Shown: positions 1 to 9,210 of the stretch, in pieces
Numbering within the stretch: the stretch's first letter is position 1
Layout of the letters: the number at the start of each line of letters is the position of its first letter
Virus record (IMG/VR): IMGVR_UViG_3300021354_000007
Span: 3,947 to 67,946 of that record
Direction: 5' to 3' (one strand)
Source of the DNA: a virus
DNA: 64,000 bases
Translations under genes and position numbers: made by a program
The notes under the pieces: generated by a model
What the model saw: the letters and a program-made list of their open reading frames with translations, nothing else
Told to the model about the DNA's origin: nothing
Database searches by the model: none

Positions 1-278
1 AAGGGGTAGATTGGTTGACTGATGATGAAAAATTAGTATTCAAAACTGCATTTGAGATAGACCAGAAAATTATTATTAGACTAGCATCGACAAGACAGAA
101 GTATATTGACCAAGCACAAAGTATCAATTTATTCTTTAGTGCAAATGAAGATGAAGAATATATAAGCGAAGTCCATAAGTTAGCATTTAAAGATGAATGG
201 ATTAAGTCATTATATTATATTAGGTCGGAAACTGGTGTACAAACCAGTAAAGGGGAGTGTACAAATTGTCACGGGTGA
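1..278 (+). CDS. nrdA: Ribonucleotide reductase class Ia alpha subunit, C-terminal fragment (5' part outside the window)
   Basis: FKTAFEIDQ, RQKYIDQAQSINLFF, KSLYYIRS (YY pair) and C-terminal CxxC (ECTNCHG). Confidence 0.93.
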   Translation, partial: GVDWLTDDEKLVFKTAFEIDQKIIIRLASTRQKYIDQAQSINLFFSANEDEEYISEVHKLAFKDEWIKSLYYIRSETGVQTSKGECTNCHG

Positions 279-290
279 TTTGGAGATAAT

Positions 291-545
291 ATGAAAATTA
301 AAATAAACAAATGGATTGAAATAGAATCCAGCAACGGTAATGCTGTAAATCTTACATACGATGAAGCGAAAGAGTTGTATATCAACCTTCAGAGTGAGTT
401 TGGTGAACTTTCTGAATCATGTATATCTTATCCACCAGGAGTAAGGGTTGATACTGCATTTAAGGCTGACACTACACCACCGCCTTTGAGAGTTGGAGAT
501 ATTACAACTTGCAATATCCGCGGGGAAATTAAATGGCATTTGTAA
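291..545 (+). CDS. Hypothetical protein
   Basis: ORF with GGAG RBS; 3' end overlaps the next gene. Confidence 0.6.
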   Translation: MKIKINKWIEIESSNGNAVNLTYDEAKELYINLQSEFGELSESCISYPPGVRVDTAFKADTTPPPLRVGDITTCNIRGEIKWHL

Positions 546-973
546 AAATACAATCGGCAAGTACGGGATACGCAACTATACAACCACCTTCTTTAGGTGC
601 TGATATCACGTTAACGACTCCATCAACAACAGGAACGTTGACAACAACTGCCGATGTTGCTACAATATTACAAGTTAATATTTCGGCAGATTATAGTATC
701 ACTTCAGCAGATATAGGTAAAATGATTTACCATCCAGGAACTGATACTACGGCAAGAACAGCGACTATACCATCAGGATTATCTGTTGGTACTACTATTG
801 TGTTTGTCAATGACACGAGTGCAGGAGTGTTAAGCATTGCCTGTACAGAAACTTTGATGATTGCAGGTGCGGGTACGACAGGCTCTCCACGAGCATTGGC
901 TGCCTCTGGTATGGCGACTGCTATAAAAATATCATCGAGCAAGTGGTTACTTAATGGTGCAGGTCTAACATAA
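533..973 (+). CDS. Tail-fibre-like structural protein
   Basis: Thr/Ser/Gly-rich; C-terminus ATAIKISSSKWLLNGAGLT resembles phage fibre tip modules. Confidence 0.6.
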   Translation: MAFVKIQSASTGYATIQPPSLGADITLTTPSTTGTLTTTADVATILQVNISADYSITSADIGKMIYHPGTDTTARTATIPSGLSVGTTIVFVNDTSAGVLSIACTETLMIAGAGTTGSPRALAASGMATAIKISSSKWLLNGAGLT

Positions 974-1752
974 TGGGTGGATTGTTATCTGTCATTGCAA
1001 ATAGTTCAAGTGGGACGGTAGTTTCTAGTAGTGTGATTTTATCTACTGTTGGTACTTATACTTGGCAAGTTCCTGCTGGTGTTACTTCTATATCTGTAGT
1101 TGCAGTTGGAGGTGGAGGTGGAGGTTATAACCCAGTTTGTGCTTGTGGTACATTAGGAAACGGTGCTGGTGGAGCATTAGCATACGCAAATAATATTTCT
1201 GTAACCCCACTACAGACAATAAATTATACAGTAGGTATTTCAGGTTCTGGTGCATCTAGTTTATCAGGTGGTACAAGCACCTTTGGTACTTATGTTAGTG
1301 CTGGTGGTGGTTTAACCGCTGTTAGCGGAACTGGCGGTGCTGGTACTGTTTTAATTGGTACTGGTTTTGCTGGTGGAAATGCTATAAGTGGTAGCACTGG
1401 ATTAGGTGGTGCTGGCGGAGCTGGTGGTTATAACGGTGTTGGTGCTCAAGGTAATGCTGTTGCTGTAACTGGTTCTGGTGCTGGTTCTGGTGGGTGGGAT
1501 ACTATGAGTAGTACAGAAGTGGGTGGTGGTGGTGTTGGATTATTTGGGAATACTGGTACTGGAACTACAAAAGGAAGTGGTGGTTCTGGTGGTGGTTCTG
1601 GTGGAAACTATACAGCACCTCATGGTGGTAATTATGGTGGTGGTGGTTCTACCACCACCACTATGCACACAATAGGTGGTCAAGGTGCTATTCGTATTGT
1701 ATGGCCAGGAACTACACGACAATTCCCATCTACAAATGTGAGTACAGTTTAA
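973..1752 (+). CDS. Glycine-rich virion/fibre-associated protein
   Basis: YTWQVPAGVTSISVVAVGGGGGG start, poly-G runs, GGQGAIRIVWPG end. Confidence 0.75.
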   Translation: MGGLLSVIANSSSGTVVSSSVILSTVGTYTWQVPAGVTSISVVAVGGGGGGYNPVCACGTLGNGAGGALAYANNISVTPLQTINYTVGISGSGASSLSGGTSTFGTYVSAGGGLTAVSGTGGAGTVLIGTGFAGGNAISGSTGLGGAGGAGGYNGVGAQGNAVAVTGSGAGSGGWDTMSSTEVGGGGVGLFGNTGTGTTKGSGGSGGGSGGNYTAPHGGNYGGGGSTTTTMHTIGGQGAIRIVWPGTTRQFPSTNVSTV

Positions 1753-2273
1753 TGAATTTATACATAAAATTAGAAAATGGTCAACCAATAAATCATCCAA
1801 TGTTTGAGGATAATATTCTGCAATGTTACCCAGATATTGATTTGAACAATACAGAATTATTTGCACCATTTAATAGACTAGAAATACCATCTAGGAGTGA
1901 CCTTCCTGTTGGAATTTTTCAAGTATTGGAAACTAGATATGTTTTGTCAAATGATGGTATATCCTATGAAGACCAATATTATACGCGAGATATGGATGCT
2001 GATGAAATATCATACACGACAAATGTTAAAATTGACACATTAAAAAATAGTGTTTCATCGCTAAAATCTATGGTTCTTGTGGACATAGATACTGCATCTG
2101 AAATAGATAAACCAGTATGGCAAGCATTTTATGATGAATTAGATGCTATAACGGATTCTGAAATAGAAACTGACCCATTTTCATTTAACATCCCTAGAAT
2201 ACCAAAAAAAGATACAAATGGTACTTGGGTATCTTTACAATCATCTGGGAGTGCACCTAATGTTATTGGCTAA
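1752..2273 (+). CDS. Hypothetical protein, possibly tail-fibre assembly/chaperone-like
   Basis: ATG overlaps the upstream stop (TAATG); acidic; follows the Gly-rich gene. Confidence 0.55.
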   Translation: MNLYIKLENGQPINHPMFEDNILQCYPDIDLNNTELFAPFNRLEIPSRSDLPVGIFQVLETRYVLSNDGISYEDQYYTRDMDADEISYTTNVKIDTLKNSVSSLKSMVLVDIDTASEIDKPVWQAFYDELDAITDSEIETDPFSFNIPRIPKKDTNGTWVSLQSSGSAPNVIG

Positions 2274-2565
2274 TCCATTACAAAACCTCGGCGATATTAA
2301 AGGTACGATGTACGACTTTGAAAAAGCCGGAGATATTCTACCTAAACATGTACACACTGAAGATGATGTACATATCACAATAGTTACAAGAGGTAAACTC
2401 AAGGCATATTCACATGACTGGGAAATTGAAGCACTCCCAGGACAACTCATTGACTTTAAAGTTGGTGAACCACATGAACTGATGGCACTTGAGGATAACA
2501 CAAGAATCTTTAATATTTTAAAGAAACATAAAGGTATACCAAACGATTATAATACTGGAGAGTAA
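2260..2565 (+). CDS. Cupin-domain protein
   Basis: PKHVH...HITIVTRG...GEPHELMALED cupin motifs. Confidence 0.8.
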   Translation: MLLANPLQNLGDIKGTMYDFEKAGDILPKHVHTEDDVHITIVTRGKLKAYSHDWEIEALPGQLIDFKVGEPHELMALEDNTRIFNILKKHKGIPNDYNTGE

Positions 2566-2566
2566 C

Positions 2567-2806
2567 GTGAAGAAGATTATACATATTAACCAACATGTAA
2601 TTAAAGCAAATGCCAAAACAGGTGACAGAAATCCTGTTATTACTTGCAAGACATATAAAGAAAATGTTTATGGGCATGAAGTAGAATTTACAAATGGAAA
2701 AGTAGTCTACAGTCCAGACAAACCATTAGCATGCGGTGCAAAAGTTTGGATAGAAACTAACGATGAACTAAATATAAGAACTGATGAGGGTTGGAGGAAA
2801 CTATGA
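2567..2806 (+). CDS. Conserved phage hypothetical protein
   Basis: IIHINQHVIK...VYSPDKPLACGAKVWIET pattern; RBS GGAG, GTG start. Confidence 0.7.
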   Translation: MKKIIHINQHVIKANAKTGDRNPVITCKTYKENVYGHEVEFTNGKVVYSPDKPLACGAKVWIETNDELNIRTDEGWRKL

Positions 2807-3234
2807 GAATAATATACCTATTACTATTAATATTATTAATGGTAGCAGATGCAGATGCAAAGGTTCCTTCAAATACAGTTAGAACTACGGATATTAAAGA
2901 CATTTGTACTACACTGACAAGCACAATAAGAAACGTACCACAATCTGTTAAGAAAGCAGTATATAAAAGAGATGGTGGGGATTTAAGTAAATCGGGAAGT
3001 TATGAAGTTGATCATCGTATCAGTTTAACTGTGGGTGGTACCAACGATATTAATAATTTGAAATTGCAATCGTATACAGGTAGTTGCAATGCACACCATA
3101 AAGATAAGTTAGAAGTAAGGTTCCATTCTCTTGTATGTAAAGGTAAGTTAAGTGTATCTGATGCACAAGACACTCTTTATAATAATTGGGAAGATGGATA
3201 TAAAAAACACATAGATGCAAATGGATGCAAATAG
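2803..3234 (+). CDS. Signal-peptide-bearing HNH-like nuclease
   Basis: Hydrophobic N-terminus with an ADA cleavage site; YEVDHRISLTVGGTNDINNL HNH motif. Confidence 0.65.
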   Translation: MRIIYLLLLILLMVADADAKVPSNTVRTTDIKDICTTLTSTIRNVPQSVKKAVYKRDGGDLSKSGSYEVDHRISLTVGGTNDINNLKLQSYTGSCNAHHKDKLEVRFHSLVCKGKLSVSDAQDTLYNNWEDGYKKHIDANGCK

Positions 3235-3243
3235 GAAAATAAA

Positions 3244-3390
3244 ATGAGTGCAAGTAAAACTTTCGATTGTCAATCATGTGAGACAGAAGGCAAAATAACT
3301 ATCCGTACAGAAGATGTCCACTTGGAAGATATTACATATTGTCCAGTATGTGGTGCTAGTATATTTGATATTGATGATTCAGACGAGTAA
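3244..3390 (+). CDS. Small zinc-ribbon protein (48 aa, not in the ORF track)
   Basis: MSASKTFDCQSCE...YCPVCGASIFDIDDSDE: two CxxC motifs, AGGA RBS, stop overlaps the next ATG. Confidence 0.75.
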   Translation: MSASKTFDCQSCETEGKITIRTEDVHLEDITYCPVCGASIFDIDDSDE

Positions 3391-3833
3391 TGACTTGGTA
3401 TTACAGGGATGTTGAGGTAACAGAATTACCTGATAAGTGTGTGGGTTATGTGTATCTTATAACCTGCATACCAAATGGTAGGAAATATATTGGTAAGAAA
3501 CTTGCCAAGTTCTCTAAGACTACAACTAAAACAATTACTCTTAAAGATGGAACAAAGAAGAAAAAGAAGATCCGTTCAAAGGTGGATTCGGACTGGAATA
3601 CTTATTATGGGTCTAGTAATGAGTTATCTCTGGAAGTATCTACACTTGGGGTAGAACAATTCAAACGCGAAATATTATATTTCTGCACATCAAAAGCATC
3701 ATGTTCCTACCTTGAAGCGAAGGAACAGATGCTCCGCAACGTATTAGAGTCAAATGACTACTATAATAACAATATCATGATTCGTGTACACGGTAATCAT
3801 ATACGGGATAAAGACCTGATTGTTTCTTTCTAG
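3390..3833 (+). CDS. GIY-YIG endonuclease (core T4-like type)
   Basis: GYVYLIT...RKYIGKK, YYGSS, YLEAKEQ, YYNNNI. Confidence 0.88.
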   Translation: MTWYYRDVEVTELPDKCVGYVYLITCIPNGRKYIGKKLAKFSKTTTKTITLKDGTKKKKKIRSKVDSDWNTYYGSSNELSLEVSTLGVEQFKREILYFCTSKASCSYLEAKEQMLRNVLESNDYYNNNIMIRVHGNHIRDKDLIVSF

Positions 3834-3913
3834 TAATTAGTAAATTTCTTAAATAAACCAAAATAAAGCTTTACTTATTTGTAAAATCCAGTATAATGAA
3901 CTCATATTAGAAA
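3817..3913 (+). promoter_or_regulatory. Repeated early-promoter cassette, copy 1
   Basis: GCTTTACT -35-like box, 16 nt spacer, TATAAT; identical to 8336-8432. Confidence 0.85.
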
Positions 3914-3932
3914 ATTATTGAGGAATTATAAA

Positions 3933-4100
3933 ATGAAAAGTTATTATGTTGAAATTAATTACAGAAAAGGTCCATCCTTCTCGTGTGGTAAAATCCAAGC
4001 AGAAACTTGGCAAGAAGCCAAAGTAAAAGCATTAAATTATGCAATGGACAATGGTTTTAATCATGCCGTAAAAAAATTAACAGTGAAAGAGGAATTATAA
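3933..4100 (+). CDS. Small early hypothetical protein
   Basis: GAGG RBS directly downstream of the promoter cassette. Confidence 0.65.
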   Translation: MKSYYVEINYRKGPSFSCGKIQAETWQEAKVKALNYAMDNGFNHAVKKLTVKEEL

Positions 4101-4101
4101 A

Positions 4102-4548
4102 ATGAAAAAGTTGTTTTTAGTATTGATTGTATTATTATTGACTGCTTGTGACTATCACAAATATTCAGAAGATAAAACAGTTTCTGCTCCAACTACTTTG
4201 AACGAAGAACAAATTGACCGTCATTTGATGAAAGAAATTGGTTCATTACCATACGAACAATTAGTAGTGGCATTCTTTAATAATAATGAAGTTATAGATA
4301 TTGGTTCAGTTAATAATGGTAACCAAAGTGAGGTTCAAATCTCATTCAATGACATTTTTCATGAATGTATGGTTAGAAAATGTAATGGTATCATTATTGC
4401 CCATAATCACCCTGATAAACCATTTGCGCACCCTTCACAGGCAGATACACAAATTTCAGTTAGATTTAAGGAAGTATTGAAAAAACATAACATCAATTTG
4501 ATTAACAGTATCATAGTTACAAAGTATGATACAACTTGGATATTATAA
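4102..4548 (+). CDS. RadC-like JAB/MPN domain protein with lipoprotein signal peptide
   Basis: MKKLFLVLIVLLLTAC lipobox; E...IIIAHNHP...PSQAD JAB motif. Confidence 0.8.
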   Translation: MKKLFLVLIVLLLTACDYHKYSEDKTVSAPTTLNEEQIDRHLMKEIGSLPYEQLVVAFFNNNEVIDIGSVNNGNQSEVQISFNDIFHECMVRKCNGIIIAHNHPDKPFAHPSQADTQISVRFKEVLKKHNINLINSIIVTKYDTTWIL

Positions 4549-4659
4549 GGGGAGAATGAATATGTTACAATTTGTACAGTATTTCGTGGTTTTAGGTTGT
4601 GTGTTTGGTTTATTTACATTAACTGTTTCAGATGTTTTAGATTATTTGGGTAAAATAAA

Positions 4660-4923
4660 ATGAAAATTTTTATAGTAACTGCATATCGTTGGGGTAATAA
4701 AGAGTGTCATAGTTATGTGCTTGGTGCATTTGATAATAAAGAAACTGCTATTGAACAAGCAATAAAAGAAAAAGAATGGAGAGGTGGTAAGTATGATTGT
4801 GAAGTCGTTTGTATGGAATTAAATGAATCTTTACAATATAAAAATTATGAGGTAGTTTACAAAATACCATATTCGGAGCAGTATAATGAGAAACCCAGTA
4901 GCAAAGGTGCTGAGAACACCTAG
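4660..4923 (+). CDS. Hypothetical protein
   Basis: ORF; N-terminus resembles those of 8758-8922 and 8915-9076. Confidence 0.6.
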   Translation: MKIFIVTAYRWGNKECHSYVLGAFDNKETAIEQAIKEKEWRGGKYDCEVVCMELNESLQYKNYEVVYKIPYSEQYNEKPSSKGAENT

Positions 4924-4979
4924 ATTTAAAATTCAAGTAGTAAAATCCAAAAAACTTTATAACAGAAAGGTGAAAAATT

Positions 4980-5252
4980 ATGAGTAAAATAGATTACAAT
5001 GATGGTAAAATTAGAAAACTTGTAAAAGATATTCTAACTATTACAACTGCAAATATAGTCTTTACAAAGAAAGACGGTACAGAAAGAGTAATGCGTTGTA
5101 CTCTTAATAGTGCTATGATTCCTGCAGATAAACATCCAAAGTCAGATTCGACCGTTAAACCTCGTACAGATGCGGTACAAGCAGTATATGACTTAGACGC
5201 TGACGGTTGGAGATCATTTTCTTGGGATTCTGTAATTGAGGTGAATGCATGA
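4980..5252 (+). CDS. WYL_2/Sm-like SH3 protein (conserved in T4-like phages)
   Basis: FTKKDGTERVMRCTL...VYDLDADGWRSFSWDSV. Confidence 0.85.
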   Translation: MSKIDYNDGKIRKLVKDILTITTANIVFTKKDGTERVMRCTLNSAMIPADKHPKSDSTVKPRTDAVQAVYDLDADGWRSFSWDSVIEVNA

Positions 5253-5461
5253 GTGAAAAAACATCAACGAGTTCTATTGTGGCAGCCTTCGTGGCAATAG
5301 TAGTGCTAATATTAATACTAGCATCGTTACCTGCAACTTTTATATGGGCACTGAATACGTTATTCCCATTACTTACAATCGAATTGTCATGGAGCACCTA
5401 TTTTGCATCTTGGGCGATATTAGGATTAATTAGACTTTTAACTACAACAGTGAGAAAATAA
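5249..5461 (+). CDS. Small membrane protein
   Basis: Two hydrophobic segments; IWALNTLFP motif. Confidence 0.65.
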   Translation: MSEKTSTSSIVAAFVAIVVLILILASLPATFIWALNTLFPLLTIELSWSTYFASWAILGLIRLLTTTVRK

Positions 5462-5462
5462 C

Positions 5463-5720
5463 ATGGCAGTGATCAATAATCCAGTAGACCGTAAAAAAAT
5501 TAAAGATGCACTTATACAGATAAGTGATTCTTATACAAGAATCGAGGCAGAACGCGAACTAATAAAGGATATTGTTGCGGATATATCCGAGAAATTTGAG
5601 TTGGAAAAGAAGCATATTATCCTGAACGCAAAGGTATATCATAAGCAAAACTATTCGGAACAGGTAAGCAATTCGGAAGAGTTCCAAGAACTTTACGAAT
5701 CTTTATTCGAAGTGCAATAA
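5463..5720 (+). CDS. dsbA: T4-type dsDNA-binding protein DsbA
   Basis: ISDSYTRIEAERELIKDI...AKVYHKQNY...EEFQELYESL; lies upstream of rnh. Confidence 0.85.
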   Translation: MAVINNPVDRKKIKDALIQISDSYTRIEAERELIKDIVADISEKFELEKKHIILNAKVYHKQNYSEQVSNSEEFQELYESLFEVQ

Positions 5721-5721
5721 A

Positions 5722-5755
5722 CCGCTTTACTTTAAACGAAAAAGGTAGTATACTG
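5722..5755 (+). promoter_or_regulatory. Early promoter
   Basis: GCTTTACT-17 nt-TATACT followed by a GAGG RBS. Confidence 0.7.
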
Positions 5756-5778
5756 GTTTTTTATTGAGGAATTATCCT

Positions 5779-6933
5779 ATGTCTGAAGAAGTTAAATTGA
5801 GTAAAAAAGAACAGTATGCTGCCAATAAGAAAGATAAAGCAGCAGAAATTAAAGAAAAACGAAGAGAATTGGCATCCAAGATGAGTGGTGGTGCAGAACC
5901 CACCACGAATCCATTGGATTACAAATTGTCATTGTTGATTGCAATGAATTGGTATAATATCAATGCTGATTATAAGAAGTATAGAGAATGGTTAAATGAT
6001 TACCTCATTTCTACCAATAGAAAGAAAATTATAACTTTATTGAATAAGGTATCAGATTATGAAATAAAATCTGTCGGTACGATCTGCAGATTGAAATCTA
6101 GAGATCAGTTTCTAGAAGATAATGAATTAAATTTCATTGAAACTAAGATAAGTGAATTGTTGGATTATTTGTCTAATATTACAGAACCTGTAGTTGTTAT
6201 ACCAGATACTGCACCTAAATTGGTAGTTGATAAAGTCCATATCGAATCTATTCGGTTGTCTGAAGCATTTGAAGATGCCATTGATGAATTTACTTCCAAG
6301 AAGAAAAGTTTATTCAATGCAACAGATTACTTGAAAGTAAACCAAGTTGCTGCACCTGTATCTAAAAAGATTGGAGTGTTTTATACTGGGTTGTTGAATG
6401 AACTCAAAGAAGTATTGGAAGGTAAAGATGAACAACTGGTAGAAGGTTACTCTAACTTTACAAAATCACAACTAAAGAAGTTTGTTACATTTATTGAATC
6501 AATTGTCAATGCATGTAACCAACAAGTAGTTTCTTCAAGAGTTAGTAAACCAAGGATTAAGAAAGCAGTTCCACCTGAAAGGGTGGTTGCTAAGTTAAAG
6601 TATCTTAAAGAATTCGATGAACTGGGTATTAAATCGGTCAAGGCAACTGCTGTTGTAGAATCCAATGAGGTCTGGTTATATAATACTAAAACAAAAAGAT
6701 TGTTTGTGTATAAGTCTGCCGAGGGTAATAAGTTATCTGTTAAGGGTACTGCAATTACTGGATATGATATCAAAGAATCTGTATCAGTTTGTTTAAGAAA
6801 ACCAGAAGAATTCTTTAAATCTACAACTTTAGCAAAACGTGCATTGGGAACTGCATTTAAAACTATTAAAACTAAACCGTCTCCTGCAAATGGTAGAACC
6901 TGTGATACAATGATTATATTAGGAGCATTTTAA
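5779..6933 (+). CDS. Conserved T4-like hypothetical protein
   Basis: Long ORF between dsbA and rnh; QLVEGYS, VWLYNTKTKRL, LRKPEEF, NGR motifs. Confidence 0.75.
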   Translation: MSEEVKLSKKEQYAANKKDKAAEIKEKRRELASKMSGGAEPTTNPLDYKLSLLIAMNWYNINADYKKYREWLNDYLISTNRKKIITLLNKVSDYEIKSVGTICRLKSRDQFLEDNELNFIETKISELLDYLSNITEPVVVIPDTAPKLVVDKVHIESIRLSEAFEDAIDEFTSKKKSLFNATDYLKVNQVAAPVSKKIGVFYTGLLNELKEVLEGKDEQLVEGYSNFTKSQLKKFVTFIESIVNACNQQVVSSRVSKPRIKKAVPPERVVAKLKYLKEFDELGIKSVKATAVVESNEVWLYNTKTKRLFVYKSAEGNKLSVKGTAITGYDIKESVSVCLRKPEEFFKSTTLAKRALGTAFKTIKTKPSPANGRTCDTMIILGAF

Positions 6934-6934
6934 C

Positions 6935-7828
6935 ATGATATTGATTGACTATAGTCAAGTATCTTTGGCAACTATTCTGTCCTTTAAGAATGAGTTGAAT
7001 AAATCACAAGAGGAAGTTAAAGATCTAATTAGACATATTGTGTTGTCTACTATCCTTAACTATAAAAAGAAGTATGGTTCCCAGTATGGTAATATTGTTA
7101 TTTGTTGTGATGGCAGAAAATACTGGCGAAAAGAAGTATTTCCATACTATAAAGGTGATAGGAAAAAGAACAGAGAGAAGTCTGACTTTGATTGGAAACT
7201 GATATTCGAAGTATTAGATCAGATGCGGGCAGACTTGAGGGAATTCTTTCCATACAAAGTTATTCATTTAGATAGAGCAGAAGCAGATGATGTTATTGCT
7301 ATATTAACTGAGTGGTCACAAACTAATGAATTAGTTCAAGATGGTTTATATGAAAGACCACAGAAGAATATAATCATTAGTTCAGACCACGACTTTCTGC
7401 AATTACAGAAGTATGAAGGGGTAGCACAGTTCTCTCCAAATACCAAGAAATTGATAAAGATGAGTCATAAGGATTTATATGTGAAATATATAACACACAT
7501 AGTTAAAGCAGGTGATGATGGTATACCGAATATATTGAGTAAAGATGACGTACTTGTTACGGAAGGTGTCCGACAAACTCCAATGAGTGCTAAACGACTT
7601 GAAGAATTTATCGAACAGGGTAAAGATGCTTGTAGGAATGATGATGAACGTAGAAACTGGGATCGTAACGAAACCTTAGTATCATTTGCCAAGATACCTG
7701 AAGATATTAGAGAAGAAATCTTAAGTGAATATATAAAAGGTACACAGAATATAGATCGCATGCGAATTATGAGTTATCTTATTAAAAACAAGTGCAGATT
7801 ATTACTTAACAGTTTAGAGGAATTTTAA
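6935..7828 (+). CDS. rnh: T4-type RNase H (5'-3' exonuclease)
   Basis: MILIDYSQV, YWRKEVFPYYK, EADDVIA, SSDHDFLQL, DDGIPNILS. Confidence 0.95.
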   Translation: MILIDYSQVSLATILSFKNELNKSQEEVKDLIRHIVLSTILNYKKKYGSQYGNIVICCDGRKYWRKEVFPYYKGDRKKNREKSDFDWKLIFEVLDQMRADLREFFPYKVIHLDRAEADDVIAILTEWSQTNELVQDGLYERPQKNIIISSDHDFLQLQKYEGVAQFSPNTKKLIKMSHKDLYVKYITHIVKAGDDGIPNILSKDDVLVTEGVRQTPMSAKRLEEFIEQGKDACRNDDERRNWDRNETLVSFAKIPEDIREEILSEYIKGTQNIDRMRIMSYLIKNKCRLLLNSLEEF

Positions 7829-8307
7829 TGGCGAAGATGATAACAGAAATATTGGATGAGATTAATGCTGATCCTACTACAATTGCAAAATATAAAGATA
7901 ATGGAGCATTGAAAATATTATTTGAATATGGATTTGATCCATCAAAGAAATTCGTATTACCTGAAGGTATACCACCGTTTAAAGAAGACCCAGCACCATT
8001 AGGTATGAGTCCAGGGAATTTATTAATGGAAATGCGTAGACTTTATATCTTCTGTAGAACTGATTTAAATCAACTTAGAAAGGAATCATTGTTTGTACAA
8101 TTGTTGGAAGATATCCACCCATTAGAAGCGAGGTTGATGTTGGCAGTAAAAGATCAAACAATACATAAGTTATATAAAAAGGTAACTCATAAGTTAGTAT
8201 ATGAAGCAGGACTAGTTTCGGTTGCTCCACCAGAAAAGGTAAAGAAAGAAAGAAAAAAGTCTGTGACGACTGGTCAAGAGGACTTACCAGAGGCAGAAGT
8301 GTTGTAA
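7828..8307 (+). CDS. Conserved T4-like hypothetical protein downstream of rnh
   Basis: LPEGIPPFK...RKESLFVQLLEDIHPLEA motif. Confidence 0.75.
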   Translation: MAKMITEILDEINADPTTIAKYKDNGALKILFEYGFDPSKKFVLPEGIPPFKEDPAPLGMSPGNLLMEMRRLYIFCRTDLNQLRKESLFVQLLEDIHPLEARLMLAVKDQTIHKLYKKVTHKLVYEAGLVSVAPPEKVKKERKKSVTTGQEDLPEAEVL

Positions 8308-8335
8308 CAAAAAGATTAATTATAGATAAGATAAA

Positions 8336-8432
8336 TGATTGTTTCTTTCTAGTAATTAGTAAATTTCTTAAATAAACCAAAATAAAGCTTTACTTATTTG
8401 TAAAATCCAGTATAATGAACTCATATTAGAAA
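8336..8432 (+). promoter_or_regulatory. Repeated early-promoter cassette, copy 2
   Basis: Direct repeat of 3817-3913. Confidence 0.85.
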
Positions 8433-8449
8433 GTTATTTGGAGATTATT

Positions 8450-8701
8450 ATGAACGTATTAGAAATGATGAAGCAAGATATCAACAGTGTTAAAGGTTTA
8501 GAAGTTGAATATGATTTTGGTGGTTCTGAACCAATTATCGATACCATTGCCAATGTTAGAGTTGACAATTATGATGTGTTGATGAATGGAGAAAACAATG
8601 TGGCAAAAGTATATGCTATTTCGTTTAGTGAATTTCCAGATTCATTTTACGTGATGCATAAAGATGTTAAACTTGTTGAAAACAGTTTAATCAACGGTTG
8701 A
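8450..8701 (+). CDS. Early hypothetical protein
   Basis: GGAG RBS after the cassette. Confidence 0.6.
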   Translation: MNVLEMMKQDINSVKGLEVEYDFGGSEPIIDTIANVRVDNYDVLMNGENNVAKVYAISFSEFPDSFYVMHKDVKLVENSLING

Positions 8702-8757
8702 TATTTGGTAATACCGAATGTATAATATTGACATACTAACAAATAGAGAGATTTGAA

Positions 8758-8922
8758 ATGAGAGTATTTGTAGTGTGGTATACTTCTTATAGTTGTGAAC
8801 GTGAAATGGAATGTATTTTTGCCACAGAAGAACTTGCAGAAGCATTTGTTGCAAATAACCAAAGCAACACTTATTCATATGAAATTGTAGAAACTCATGT
8901 CTATGGAGATTATTATGAATAA
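8758..8922 (+). CDS. Small hypothetical protein (not in the ORF track)
   Basis: MRVFVVWYTSY...IFATEELAEAF; preceded by TTGATA-17-TATAAT. Confidence 0.6.
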   Translation: MRVFVVWYTSYSCEREMECIFATEELAEAFVANNQSNTYSYEIVETHVYGDYYE

Positions 8923-9076
8923 AGAGAAATATGTTTATAATGTAATGTATTATGATGATTCTTATATGGAAGAACCAACTATCGCAGGTACTTTTGAAGA
9001 TGAGCAGACCGCATATACTTTTCAAACGTGGAGGTATGAGTCTGAATTCTATTACATAGAAAGAGAAGTTGTATAA
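8915..9076 (+). CDS. Small hypothetical protein (not in the ORF track)
   Basis: GGAG RBS; MNKEKYVYNV...GTFEDEQTAY. Confidence 0.55.
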   Translation: MNKEKYVYNVMYYDDSYMEEPTIAGTFEDEQTAYTFQTWRYESEFYYIEREVV

Positions 9077-9139
9077 TTAAACGGCAATACCTGAAGTCGT
9101 TAGGATTATGGATACATAGTCGAAGATGGCAATAATTAT

Positions 9140-9210
9140 GAGATATTAGTTTAATGGTAAAACTCCATCCTTCCAAGTTGGCGTTATCAGTTCGATTCTG
9201 ATATATCTCT
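9140..9210 (+). tRNA. tRNA-Gly (anticodon UCC), atypical
   Basis: Cloverleaf: GAGATAT/ATATCTC acceptor stem, GTTT/AAAC D stem, CT-TCC-AA anticodon loop, ATCAG-TTCGATT-CTGAT T arm, discriminator U, followed by CAA rather than CCA. Confidence 0.85.
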
